From positions 224,001 to 288,000 of the forward strand of contig JAWLHY010000004.1 in NCBI GenBank assembly GCA_041690135.1: a DNA stretch of 64,000 nt, written 5' to 3'. A program made the position numbers and the translations under genes. The first letter of the stretch is position 1. The number at the start of each line of letters is the position of its first letter. The notes beneath the pieces were generated by a model. It had not been told where the DNA came from. It saw only the letters and a list, made by a program, of their open reading frames with translations, and searched no databases. This DNA is from Armatimonadota bacterium (GTDB taxonomy: Bacteria > Armatimonadota > SYMT01). Below, piece by piece: positions 1 through 9,777 of the stretch.

Positions 1-241
1 ACTCGAAACTGGCGCGCGGGCCTTTCGGCTGCGCCGGCGGAGCGGGAGGGCGCGCCGGGCCATCGAACTGGTCCTGGTCGCTGAAAACGCGCAGGGGGAT
101 CTGGGTGGCCTGTGAGAGGGCTGCCGCCGCCTCCGAGACGGTGGCGTTTCGAACCGACAGGGTCACCCGGGGATTGTCCGCTCCGGCGGGTGCCCCCACC
201 ATGGTGACGAGCACCGCAACGACCCACCAACGACTGCGCAT
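1..241 (-). CDS. Secreted hypothetical protein, N-terminal part (runs off the window start)
   Basis: Manual translation gives MRSRWWVVAVLVTMVGAPAGADNPRVTLSVRNATVSEAAAALSQATQIP..., a signal-peptide-like start followed by an STN-like segment. Alternative in-frame ATG at 256. Confidence 0.6.
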   Translation of the reverse strand, partial: MRSRWWVVAVLVTMVGAPAGADNPRVTLSVRNATVSEAAAALSQATQIPLRVFSDQDQFDGPARPPAPPAQPKGPRASFE

Positions 242-411
242 TCCTACCGCCTCCATGGCTCACCCGCGGCGCGTCTGCCGGCCTCACCTGCTCGGGCCGG
301 ACGCGAGCACCTCCTATTGTATGCACAGGTTCGGAGGCGCGGGATAGGGGTTTGTCGAAGTCTAATCCTAAATCGCCTTGTATCTCTTCATCCGGAAGTA
401 TCGAGATTTCC

Positions 412-1251
412 ATGCAGCAACCGCCACCCGGAAGACGTCCACCGCATCCCCAGCCCGGGAGCGGCCACCCACCCAGTCACGTGCCGGGCCGTCCTCAACC
501 CGGCCCACCGCCCGCCACTCCGGGGGCAATGCCCCAGCGCCAACCGGCGGCGCCCCAGCGCCCGCAATACGGCGCCCCCCAGCACCCGCAGGCGCAGCAC
601 CCGGGGCAGGCACCGGCGCGCCCTACCCAGGCACCTCCCCCTCAGCACGGAGCCGGTGGTCCCCACAGTCCCAACTCGCCCCACCCGGGCGCAACTTCCC
701 CAGGCGCGCCGCCCTCCGGCGTGCTGCTGCCCCCGATGAAGCCTCGGAAGAGTCGCGGTTCCCTTCGGTTCCTGGCGGGAACCTGCATCTTTTCCGGATG
801 GTTGACGCTGGTCGTTTCGGTCATTCTGGCCGTGGTTTCCGTCACGGCCGGGTTTGCGGCCCAGCGGACCAACCTCGCGGCTACCACCGGAACACAGTAT
901 TTCCCCCAAACGTCCTCGGCTCCGGCCGGTCCGGGGCAGTCCGGCCTGGGAGAGGGGGGAGGCCTGAGCGACCTCGGGATCGAGGGGCTTCCCGGAGTCG
1001 GCGGCGATTCCGGCCTGCTGGGTGGTCTCCGGAAGCCGGGCATGAACTTCAATCCCCTCTCTATGTTCCAATCACTCCTGGCGCCGCTCTACTTCATCAG
1101 TGGCGCCTTCACGCTGGTCACCGGCATCGTCACCTGTCTCCTGTTCCTGGGTCTCGGACAGGCGTGCTACGTGCTGCTGGACCTGGAGGAGCAGACGTTC
1201 CAGTTGGGGCAGGGTTTGCAGATGCTCGCGGCCCGTTTCGGGGTGCGGTAG
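412..1251 (+). CDS. Pro/Gln-rich membrane protein with two hydrophobic segments
   Basis: Within ORF 352..1251; ATG at 412 (MQQPPPG). Pro-rich N-terminus, with TM-like segments GWLTLVVSVILAVVSV and FTLVTGIVTCLLFLGLG. Confidence 0.7.
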   Translation: MQQPPPGRRPPHPQPGSGHPPSHVPGRPQPGPPPATPGAMPQRQPAAPQRPQYGAPQHPQAQHPGQAPARPTQAPPPQHGAGGPHSPNSPHPGATSPGAPPSGVLLPPMKPRKSRGSLRFLAGTCIFSGWLTLVVSVILAVVSVTAGFAAQRTNLAATTGTQYFPQTSSAPAGPGQSGLGEGGGLSDLGIEGLPGVGGDSGLLGGLRKPGMNFNPLSMFQSLLAPLYFISGAFTLVTGIVTCLLFLGLGQACYVLLDLEEQTFQLGQGLQMLAARFGVR

Positions 1252-1304
1252 GGGCTTGCCGGCTGCGGCCCGGGTGACTTGGAAAATAGGGTGAGCCCCC
1301 GCCC

Positions 1305-1350
1305 CACCTTCGTGATCGTGATCTCAATCGCGAACACGATCACGAAGGTG
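1305..1350. terminator. Perfect 16-bp hairpin (terminator-like or REP-like)
   Basis: CACCTTCGTGATCGTG (1305-1320) pairs with CACGATCACGAAGGTG (1335-1350) around a 14-nt loop, ~55 nt after the stop at 1251. No U-tract. Confidence 0.5.
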
Positions 1351-1447
1351 AGACGCCCGCACACCGGAGTTTCGCCTGAAGGCCCGAAAGATGCTGTTGA
1401 GAAACTCGATCGCGGGCAGTTGCACTGCCTGCGGAAGCCTTCGTCCC

Positions 1448-1615
1448 GCAGGCCTACGCCCGGGTACCCCGAAGGGGTGATGGGTTGCACTGCGGAAGCC
1501 CGTGGTCTCCTAGTCGTCGCGGCTCACCCGGGTCGCCAATGCCGACACCGGGTCGGGAGCGGCTCAGTGCAACTGCGCACGAAGCGTTTCGGCTGCAGTC
1601 CAACTGCAGCCGATC
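1448..1615 (+). repeat. Dispersed ~170-bp repeat, copy A
   Basis: Similar to the reverse complement of 61872-62036. The 51-nt core 1565-1615 has one mismatch and contains the hairpin CGGCTGCAG-TCCAA-CTGCAGCCG. Confidence 0.8.
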
Positions 1616-1716
1616 ATGACCAACACCTGGCCCCCATTCCCATTCGCCTCATTCGCCCAATTCGCGGATCGTCCGTCCCAATGCCCAACGCCTAACGCCC
1701 ACCCCCACCGCCCAAC

Positions 1717-1787
1717 TTGACGCTCCTTCCAGACCCACGATATACCTTCCATACCTCATCTATGATGAACGGTTCAATATTATTGAA
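1717..1787 (+). promoter_or_regulatory. Putative sigma70 promoter and palindromic operator upstream of the IclR gene
   Basis: TTGACG at 1717-1722, with TATACC at 1741 or TATGAT at 1761. AT-rich near-palindrome TTCAATATTATTGAA at 1773-1787, 12 nt before the ATG. Confidence 0.55.
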
Positions 1788-1799
1788 TACCCAAGCTAA

Positions 1800-2585
1800 A
1801 TGATCCAGGTTCTCCAGCGTGCGTTCTCGGTGCTTGAGCTGGTCTCCGACCGCGATATGGGATTGGCGGAGTTATCCGAGGCTACCGGCATCCAGAAGAC
1901 GACGCTTTGCAATATCCTTAAGACCCTGACCGACCTGGGCGCTCTCCGACGGACCTCTACCGGACGCTATGCCATCGGCAAGAAGCTGGTGGAACTGGCG
2001 GCGGCGGAGGGGCAGTCCAGTTCGCTGATGCCGCTCGCCCAGCGGACGGCGGACGACCTGGCGGCGCGCATCCGGGAGACAGTGGTCGTATCTGCGCTGC
2101 GCGGGGCCGAGCGTTTCGTGATCGGCTACTCCGTGGGGACGCAGAACCTGACGGTCCGCCTCGACCCGGATGAGCCCCGGTCCCCCTACGACGTGTGTAC
2201 CGGGCGCGTGCTCCTGGCCTACCTCTCGCCGGCGGAGCTGGACGCCGTGGTGCAGGCCCGCGGCTACCCCGGCCGGGAATGGCTCGGGATATCGGACCGG
2301 GAAAGCCTCGATCGCGCACTGGAGCAGGTCCGCGCCGCGGGGATGGCCTTTCAGCACGATCCCAACCGGCAGGTGCAAACGCTGGCCGCCCCGATCTACG
2401 GTCCGGATGGTCGCGCCTGGGCCGCCATCGGCATCAGCATGCCGGCAAGCCGCTACAGTGGAGATCAAGACCCGGTAGTCGCCGAACTGAGCGAGGCGGC
2501 GGCCCGGATGTCGGACGTGCTTTGCTATCGCGCTCCGGGCTCGCTCCCGGTTCCTTCACCCCTTCCCGAAAGATTGAGCGCATGA
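1800..2585 (+). CDS. IclR family transcriptional regulator
   Basis: N-terminal HTH IQVLQRAFSVLE...GLAELSEATGIQKTTLCNILKTL; C-terminal GRVLLAY and LAAPIYGPDGRAWAAIGIS motifs. Confidence 0.93.
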   Translation: MIQVLQRAFSVLELVSDRDMGLAELSEATGIQKTTLCNILKTLTDLGALRRTSTGRYAIGKKLVELAAAEGQSSSLMPLAQRTADDLAARIRETVVVSALRGAERFVIGYSVGTQNLTVRLDPDEPRSPYDVCTGRVLLAYLSPAELDAVVQARGYPGREWLGISDRESLDRALEQVRAAGMAFQHDPNRQVQTLAAPIYGPDGRAWAAIGISMPASRYSGDQDPVVAELSEAAARMSDVLCYRAPGSLPVPSPLPERLSA

Positions 2586-4636
2586 CGCCCCACCGTAAGT
2601 CTCGTGCATGGGGGCTGGTCCCCACGGCCGCCTTCGGCCTTCTGGTCCTCTCTCCCGCGCTATCGCAGGCCACCGCGCCGCAGAAGGCGAAGGCGGCTCC
2701 CACGACCAACGTCGCCGCACCGGCGAAAACGCCCGGAGGGAAGGCCGTCCACTTCGCCCGCGACGTCCGCCCCATCCTCGCGCACCACTGCTTTGCCTGC
2801 CACGCCAAGGGCCAGACGAAGGGTGGCCTGAGCCTGGATACTCGCGAGGCCCTGCTCAAAGGCGGCGCTTCGGGCCCGGCGATCGTCCCCGGAAAGGGCA
2901 CGGCCAGTGAACTGATCCGCCGGCTCGTCAGCCAGAAGCCGGGAGAGCGGATGCCGCCCGGAAAGCCGCTCACTCCAGAGCAGATCGCGGTGGTGCGGGC
3001 CTGGGTGGATCAGGGGGCGAAGTGGGAGGAGCTTTCGGAGGCGGACCGCGCGCGGAAGGCGGTGAACATCGCCCCCCGACGCCCCGTGGTTCCGCCGGGA
3101 TCCGGTAATCCCGTCGACCGGATCCTCACGGCCCAGCTCAAGAAGCAGAAGACGGTGGTCCGGGCCATCGACGACCGCACCTTCGCCCGCCGTGTTTACC
3201 TGGACGTGGTCGGGCTTCCCCCTACCCCGGAGGAACTGGAGCGTTTCCTGGCAGACAGCGGAAGCGACCGGCGCGAGCGGCTGGTCCGCACCCTGCTCGC
3301 GGACAACGCCCGCTATGCCGACCACTGGATCACCTTCTGGCAGGACCACCTGCGGGACGGGGTGAAGGACATCGGCACGACCGACGTGATGAAGCCGATC
3401 ACGACGTGGCTCCACGAGGCCCTGCTCACGAACCGGCCGTACGACCGGATGGTGACGGAGCTGATCACCGCGCCGGCGCCGAAGGACGGCCTCACCGCCA
3501 AGGAGGTCGAGCAGATCGAGCGCCAGCCGAAGCCCGGCAAGGATGACGCTTCCGGATTCCTGTTCGGGCAGGCCTCCGGCCTGGAGCGGCCCCGCGGCGA
3601 CCAGGCGTGGCAGGTACAGGCGGCGCAGAACATCGGGCAGGTCTTCCTGGGTGTCCAGCTCAAGTGCGCCACCTGCCACGACAGCTTCATCGACGGCTGG
3701 ACCATGGCGGACACCTGGGCGTTCGCCAATGCCCTGGGGGAGCAGCCGCTGGAGACGGTCCGCTGCGAGGTCCCCACCGGCAAGCGTTACGAGCCGCGCT
3801 TCCTCTTCCCGGAGGTGGGCGCGATCGACCCGAAAGCCCCCCAGGCCGAGCGCCAGAAGACCTTTGCCCGCTTGCTGACGAGTCCGCAGAACGGCCGCTT
3901 TGCACGGACGATCGTCAACCGGCTCTGGGCCCGGCTGCTGGGCGTGGGGATCGTCGAGCGCGTGGACGAGATGGACAGCACCCCCTGGAACGCCGACCTG
4001 CTGGACTTCCTCGCTTCCGACCTGGTGGAGCACGGGTACAACCTGAAACACACTCTGGAGGTAATCCTCACCTCCCGCGCCTACCAGATGCCGTCCGTCG
4101 ATGAACCCACCGGAGCCGAAACCGCCTACGTGTTCCGGGGTCCCAAGCTGCGGCGTCTCACGGCCGAGCAGTTCCAGGACTGCGTCTCCACGCTGCTGAA
4201 CCGGCCGGGGCGCGTGTGGAAGGAGAACGGCAACCGGCTGACCGAACTGCTGGGGCGTCCCGACCGCCGGGTGGTGGTGACCTCGCGCGACTCCCGCGCT
4301 TCCACGATGCAGGCGCTGGACCTGCTGAACGGCAGCGCGTTGTTCGACCTGATCTACACCGACGGCAAGACGACGCGGCTCACGGCGGACAACGCCGCGA
4401 AGGTGCTGGGGAAGCAGTCCGCGGGTGCGAAACCGAACCCGCAGCTTGAGGCGTTGGCCGCACTGCCGCGGGAACGCCTGGTGACCCAGCTTTACACCCA
4501 CGCCTTGAGCCGGCCGCCGGTGGAGAAGGAGTTGCGCCACGCCCTGGACCTGCTGGGCGAGCAGCCCACTCCCGAAACCGTAGCCGACCTGATCTGGGTG
4601 CTCACGATGCTGCCCGAATTCCAACTGATCCGGTAG
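2582..4636 (+). CDS. Planctomycete-type cytochrome c / DUF1549 / DUF1553 protein
   Basis: Signal peptide, VHFARDVRPIL..HCFACH, RRVYLDVVGLPP, CATCH and ARTIVNRLW. ATGA overlap with the IclR stop. Confidence 0.9.
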   Translation: MTPHRKSRAWGLVPTAAFGLLVLSPALSQATAPQKAKAAPTTNVAAPAKTPGGKAVHFARDVRPILAHHCFACHAKGQTKGGLSLDTREALLKGGASGPAIVPGKGTASELIRRLVSQKPGERMPPGKPLTPEQIAVVRAWVDQGAKWEELSEADRARKAVNIAPRRPVVPPGSGNPVDRILTAQLKKQKTVVRAIDDRTFARRVYLDVVGLPPTPEELERFLADSGSDRRERLVRTLLADNARYADHWITFWQDHLRDGVKDIGTTDVMKPITTWLHEALLTNRPYDRMVTELITAPAPKDGLTAKEVEQIERQPKPGKDDASGFLFGQASGLERPRGDQAWQVQAAQNIGQVFLGVQLKCATCHDSFIDGWTMADTWAFANALGEQPLETVRCEVPTGKRYEPRFLFPEVGAIDPKAPQAERQKTFARLLTSPQNGRFARTIVNRLWARLLGVGIVERVDEMDSTPWNADLLDFLASDLVEHGYNLKHTLEVILTSRAYQMPSVDEPTGAETAYVFRGPKLRRLTAEQFQDCVSTLLNRPGRVWKENGNRLTELLGRPDRRVVVTSRDSRASTMQALDLLNGSALFDLIYTDGKTTRLTADNAAKVLGKQSAGAKPNPQLEALAALPRERLVTQLYTHALSRPPVEKELRHALDLLGEQPTPETVADLIWVLTMLPEFQLIR

Positions 4637-4647
4637 ACCCACGAGCC

Positions 4648-6045
4648 ATGACCAAGCAAGAACTGAACCGCAGAGATTTCCTGGCCGGCGCCGGCGCGGC
4701 CACCCTGGCCACGCTTGCCGCGCCCGCCCCCCGCGCCTACGCCGAGGTGGAGAAGCCGGAGCCGCTGGCCGATTCGATGATCCTGCTCTGGATGGGCGGA
4801 GCCATGGGACAGACGGAAACGTTCGATCCCAAGCGGTACACGCCGTACGAGGTGGGAACGAAGCTAACGGACCTGCTCTGCACCTTCCCCAGCATCGACA
4901 CCGCCGTCGATAACATCAAGTTCTGCCAGGGCGTGGAGCACCTCGCGAAGGTGATGGACCGCGGCACGCTGATCCGCAGCTACGTGGCGCGCGACTACGG
5001 CCAGCTCGAGGAGAACCTGCAGCACATCCCCTACCAGATCAAGTGGCACACCGGCTACGCCCCGCCGCAAACGGTGAACCCGCCCTACCTGGGCGCCTGG
5101 ATCTCCCACGCGCTGGGCCCGCTCAACCCCGATCTCCCCGCCTACATCGACGTAAGCCGCCCGCTGGACACCGGCAACGTTTTCCTGGCGCTCCCCTCCT
5201 TTACGGCCCCGGGCTTTCTCGGCAGCGAGCACGGCTCCCTGGTCATCCCGGACGCGGAGCGCGGCCAGGAGGTGGTCCGCGCCCGCCTGCCGCAGGGACG
5301 GTTCGACAACCGGTACCGCAAGCTAAAGGCCCTGGTCGAAGCGAGCCCTGTGTCGGAGCTGGCCAGCAGCTACCAGAAGGAGTCGCTGATGCGCTCCATG
5401 GAGAACGCCTACCGGCTCGTCAACTCCCCGGCGGTGAAGGCGTTCGACCTCTCCCAGGAGCCGAAGGAAGTCTTCGACAAGTACAACACCGGCCCGTTCG
5501 GACGCGGCTGCCTGCTGGCCCGCCGCCTGGTGGAGAACCGCGCCCGGTTCGTGGAGGTGCACGTCGACTTCGAAAACGCGAAAGGCTGGGACACCCACTC
5601 CGACGGGCACAACGGCATCCAGGTGATGAAGAAGACGGTCGACGCCCCGATCGCGCAGCTCATCCTCGACCTGGAAGAACGCGGTCTCCTGAAGCGGACC
5701 CTGGTGGTGGTCGCCACCGAGTTCGGCCGGGCCACCCTGGGCCGCGGCTCCTCGAAGGTGCCCGCGGTCGACAAGATGATCAACTACGGCATCCACGGCC
5801 ACTTCGCGGGCGCGGCCTCCCTGCTGATGTTCGGGGGCGGTGTGAAGCAGGGCTTCGTCTACGGCAAGACCAACGACGAGTTCCCCTGCGAGACGGTGGA
5901 GAACCCGGTCTTCATCCACGACCTGCACGCCACGATCTACCGGATCATGGGGATCTCGCCCAAGTACAACGTCGAGGTGGAGAAGCGGCCGTTCTACGTG
6001 ACCAAGGACGGGATCGGTAAGCCGATCTCGGCCATCCTTGGCTAA
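4648..6045 (+). CDS. DUF1501 family protein (Tat signal)
   Basis: NRRDFL Tat motif; ILLWMGG..QTETFDPK, GCLLARRLVE, WDTH and TEFGR. Confidence 0.92.
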   Translation: MTKQELNRRDFLAGAGAATLATLAAPAPRAYAEVEKPEPLADSMILLWMGGAMGQTETFDPKRYTPYEVGTKLTDLLCTFPSIDTAVDNIKFCQGVEHLAKVMDRGTLIRSYVARDYGQLEENLQHIPYQIKWHTGYAPPQTVNPPYLGAWISHALGPLNPDLPAYIDVSRPLDTGNVFLALPSFTAPGFLGSEHGSLVIPDAERGQEVVRARLPQGRFDNRYRKLKALVEASPVSELASSYQKESLMRSMENAYRLVNSPAVKAFDLSQEPKEVFDKYNTGPFGRGCLLARRLVENRARFVEVHVDFENAKGWDTHSDGHNGIQVMKKTVDAPIAQLILDLEERGLLKRTLVVVATEFGRATLGRGSSKVPAVDKMINYGIHGHFAGAASLLMFGGGVKQGFVYGKTNDEFPCETVENPVFIHDLHATIYRIMGISPKYNVEVEKRPFYVTKDGIGKPISAILG

Positions 6046-6189
6046 CGGGCTCACCGCAAAGACGCGAAGGGAACGCAGAGGGCCGCAAAGGGAAAGGAAC
6101 CGGCTGCACGGGGAACCTGAGCTTTCTGGCTAGTTACCGTAGAAGGCGAGGCGGACGCCCGGCGGCGGCACCCGCTGTGGTTCTATTGC

Positions 6190-7173
6190 ATGAAGCGTAC
6201 TGGGGCGGGCGAGACGCCCGCCCCACTCACCACGCCACCCCTCACCACTCCCATGGGTTACGCACTTTACCGGGTCGAGCAGATCGGCAGTCCGTTCCTG
6301 ATCATCCACGAGCCGATCTTCCTGATCCCGAAGGGCGGCTGCCATCCGGTGGTCAACTACGCTCGCAAGCTGATCTTCATCATCCAGGGGGAGTGCCGCC
6401 ATCAGGTGGTGGGGGCGACGGGGCCGGATGCGGACGTGCACCTCAAGGCGGGAGACATCATGGTGCTCCCCCACCGGTGCACCCACCAGTACCTGGCGCT
6501 GCAGCCGGGGACGGCGGTCCGGATGCACGCCCTCCGGCTGGCCTTCGACCCGGTGGAAGTTCCGCCGTTGGAGTTAGGGGAACGTCGTCCCCTGGAAGGC
6601 GGCGACCCGGAGACCGACCTGGCCGCCCTGGCACGGCAGCAGTTCTCCGCCATCCACCACCTGCCGAGCGGGCAGGACGCCTCCATCCGGGAGGTGCTGC
6701 GCGTCTTCCGGGAGGAGGCCCAGCAGCGGCCGCCCGCTTATCGCCTGCGGATCCGAGGGCTTTGCACCAGCCTCACCACGCTGGTCGCCCGGAAGCTGAT
6801 GGAAGCGCCGGGCCTCGCGCTGGCGCCGGACGGCCAGCGGGGACTCCACCACGTCAACCAGGCCAAGGACTACCTGATCCGGCACCTGGACCAGCCGCTG
6901 CACCTGGAGGACGTCGCCGCCCACGTGCAGCTCAGCGAGGAGTACCTGGCCCGCCTCTTCAAGCAGGTGACGGGCCAGACCGTGTTCGACTATATCCGCC
7001 AGATGCGGTTCGAGCAGGCGAAGATCTACCTCTCCGGCTCCGATCTCAACGTCAGCGAGATCGCCCAGCGGACCGGCTTCGGCTCCCTCTCCGTGTTCAG
7101 CCGCAGCTTCAAGCGCGAGCTGGGCATGAGCCCCTCCGACTACCGCCGCCAGATCGCGTCGGAAATCGGGTGA
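6190..7173 (+). CDS. AraC family transcriptional regulator (cupin plus double HTH)
   Basis: LEDVAAHVQLSEEYLARLFKQVTG...SEIAQRTGFGSLSVFSRSFKRELGMSPSDYR. Confidence 0.93.
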   Translation: MKRTGAGETPAPLTTPPLTTPMGYALYRVEQIGSPFLIIHEPIFLIPKGGCHPVVNYARKLIFIIQGECRHQVVGATGPDADVHLKAGDIMVLPHRCTHQYLALQPGTAVRMHALRLAFDPVEVPPLELGERRPLEGGDPETDLAALARQQFSAIHHLPSGQDASIREVLRVFREEAQQRPPAYRLRIRGLCTSLTTLVARKLMEAPGLALAPDGQRGLHHVNQAKDYLIRHLDQPLHLEDVAAHVQLSEEYLARLFKQVTGQTVFDYIRQMRFEQAKIYLSGSDLNVSEIAQRTGFGSLSVFSRSFKRELGMSPSDYRRQIASEIG

Positions 7174-7183
7174 GCCGGGATCC

Positions 7184-9658
7184 TCACCGGACCGCGGCGG
7201 TGGGGCAAAAGGCGTTCCAATCCAGGCTCCAGATGCCCCGCCCCCAGGTGGCCGCCATCACTCGCCCCGTCTTCCGGACGACCTGCACGTCCATCACCGG
7301 CACGTTTGGCAGCCCGAGTGGACGGGTGCCGTCCTCCCAGGAGACCCCGCCATCCCGAGAGTAGTAAAAGCCGCCATCCGTGCCCACATAGTAGCCGGTA
7401 TGCGGGGGCCGGGGATCCATGGCGACAGCGTTGATCGGCAAGTCCGGAAGGGCAATGTCGGGATCCTCGCCAGTGATCTTTCGCCACGCGGGCGCGTCGC
7501 GGGTGGTGTTGGCGCAGCGCCACAGGTTGGCCCCCCCGGTGCCGGAGAATGCCACCACGACCTCCCATGGCCGGCGCGGATGCACGGCAATCCCACTGAC
7601 GCCGCCCGAGGCCAGGGGGGCCTGCTCCCGGTCGAGCCGCCTCCAGCGCAGGCCCTGATCCGGCGACATCCAGATCTCCCCATCGCGATTGCCGACGTAG
7701 AGGTACCGGTTATGGCTCGGGGCCACTGCGATGTAAGTCAGGGGAGCAGTGCCGCTACTGGAGAGCAACTGGCCACCCAGGCGGGGGGTCCACTCTCGTT
7801 GGGAGGCATCCCAGCGCCAGAGATAAGTCGTGCCGGCGTAGAGGAGGTGTGGCTCCGCGGGATCGAGCGCAATCGGCGCGATGAACTCCCGAGTGTCCGT
7901 GCCCCAGGAGGGATGCCCCGGCCCGTCCGCATAGTCCACCCGCTGCTGGGGAGTGATCTCCGTCCGGGTCGTCCAGCCATCCTGGGTGGTGTAGATGTAG
8001 AGGTCGGCGGAGGTGGCGTATTGCACGCGCGGATTCTCGGGATGGACGGCACAGAAACCCCCATCTCCCAGGCCGGTGACGGCCCATTTCCCCGCTGCCG
8101 TGCGGTAGGGTGAAGCGTTGTCCTGCGCGCCGCCGATCAGCACGTTGCGGTTATCCTTGGCATAGGCGGCCCGGTAGAACTGGGTAATCGTAAGACCGGT
8201 ATTGAGGGAGCCATCGAAACTCCAGCGGTTCCGCGCCGGTTCCACGACGAGGCGGTAGACACCCCCGTCGTTTCCCACCAGGGTCTCATTCGGGTTCTCT
8301 GGATGAATGGCCATGCAGTGCTGGTCCACATGGGTTTCCGCGCGGTCCGTGTACGTCTTCCCCAGCGACTGCCAGGTGGCGCCGCCATCCCACGAAGCCA
8401 CCAGGTCGATGCCACCCACGTACAGGACATCCCCTTTCCGATCCGTCCGCCGGGCGCACGTAAGATGAAAGTTATGATGCGCGGATTGCCAGTGGGCGGG
8501 AATCCGCTGGCCATCCTCCTCCACCTTGGGTCCGCCGGGAAAGTTCCGGGTTAGCTCGGTCCAACTCCGTCCGGCATCCCGGCTCTTCCACACCGCACGA
8601 TCCCGGCCGGAGAGCAGATAGACTGTCATCGGATCTGTCGCGGATGCCGCCAGTTCCAGGCTGTCCTGCAACCCAGACGTGGCCACGTCATTCCGCAGCG
8701 GTGTTTGGAGCTTCTTCCAGTTGCGCCCCTGCGCGTCGGAACGCCACACCTCACCGCCGTGGTACCCAAGCCCGCAGGCGTAGTAGTAGCGACCGCCGCC
8801 AGGGAGCCGCTCACCACAGACGACATCCGACCAATCGGCGCCCTGCGGCACAGCCTTCGCCCAGGTACTCCCACCATCGGTCGAACGCCATACGAAACCT
8901 GACTCGTAGGGGTTCCGGCCCGCCGTCACCGTGAGCGTCTCGGGATCGTCCGGATGCAGCACAATCCGGCGCAGCGAGTAGCCACTCAATGCATCCGCGC
9001 CCGCCACGTCCCAGGTCTTCCCCCCGTCAAGGCTCTTCTGCAGGCCGTAGCCCCAACTGTTCGGCCCATGGTTGAAGTCGCCGGTCCCCACATAGAGCGT
9101 CTTCCCGTCCGGATGCACGGCAATGCTGTTGACGCGGGGGTTGGGCCAATCGTCACTCAAACATTCCCAACGGATCTCGCCCTTCCGTCGCCGCCAGAAC
9201 CCCCCACTCGCGGCGCCCAGATAGAGGGTATCCGGGTCGGCCGGGTTATAGGCCAGCGCGTTCACCCGCCCGCTGACCGGCCCGGGACCGAAGTCTTCCC
9301 GGGTCGGCGCCGGTAGTTCCTCCGGTCCTTCCAACGCCCAGTGGTGGGAACTCGCGAGGACCTGCGGCGGAACCGCCAGCATCCTGAAACCTTCCGCCGT
9401 GGGGCGACGGTCCGGCTTCCGCCCGTAGAACCGCTGGTACACGCGCCAGTCGATCCGGCCCGTGGGGCCGGTCCGCATCCGCTCCCAGTAGCGGCGCGCC
9501 CGGCCATACGGTGCCGGCGGCGCCCCGCCGGGCTGGGAGGCCGGATCCGCACTACTCGCGTACAGCGCCGTGAAGATACCGGCCACCAGCAGGGGACCGG
9601 CCACCCACCGCGCGAGCGGAAGCTTCCGGGACCACGAATAAGGAAGCGATGCGGGCAT
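7184..9658 (-). CDS. Secreted BNR/Asp-box (VPS10/sortilin-like) beta-propeller protein
   Basis: GRVNALAYNP, HVDQH, GNDGGVY and ATWGRGIW; repeated Asp-boxes SLDGGKTW, STDGGSTW, SRDAGRSW, SWDGGATW, SRDGGVSW. Start uncertain (ORF extends to 9754). Confidence 0.85.
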   Translation of the reverse strand: MPASLPYSWSRKLPLARWVAGPLLVAGIFTALYASSADPASQPGGAPPAPYGRARRYWERMRTGPTGRIDWRVYQRFYGRKPDRRPTAEGFRMLAVPPQVLASSHHWALEGPEELPAPTREDFGPGPVSGRVNALAYNPADPDTLYLGAASGGFWRRRKGEIRWECLSDDWPNPRVNSIAVHPDGKTLYVGTGDFNHGPNSWGYGLQKSLDGGKTWDVAGADALSGYSLRRIVLHPDDPETLTVTAGRNPYESGFVWRSTDGGSTWAKAVPQGADWSDVVCGERLPGGGRYYYACGLGYHGGEVWRSDAQGRNWKKLQTPLRNDVATSGLQDSLELAASATDPMTVYLLSGRDRAVWKSRDAGRSWTELTRNFPGGPKVEEDGQRIPAHWQSAHHNFHLTCARRTDRKGDVLYVGGIDLVASWDGGATWQSLGKTYTDRAETHVDQHCMAIHPENPNETLVGNDGGVYRLVVEPARNRWSFDGSLNTGLTITQFYRAAYAKDNRNVLIGGAQDNASPYRTAAGKWAVTGLGDGGFCAVHPENPRVQYATSADLYIYTTQDGWTTRTEITPQQRVDYADGPGHPSWGTDTREFIAPIALDPAEPHLLYAGTTYLWRWDASQREWTPRLGGQLLSSSGTAPLTYIAVAPSHNRYLYVGNRDGEIWMSPDQGLRWRRLDREQAPLASGGVSGIAVHPRRPWEVVVAFSGTGGANLWRCANTTRDAPAWRKITGEDPDIALPDLPINAVAMDPRPPHTGYYVGTDGGFYYSRDGGVSWEDGTRPLGLPNVPVMDVQVVRKTGRVMAATWGRGIWSLDWNAFCPTAAVR

Positions 9659-9777
9659 AGTTAGAGTCCGAGATAGGGGGCGGCGCGTCTTGGGAGGCGG
9701 CGGGCTGCAGTCGTCGAACAGCCAGGATCGGCGGGCGCGGAGGCTCCACCACACCCGCCGATCCTGGCCGGAACCGA

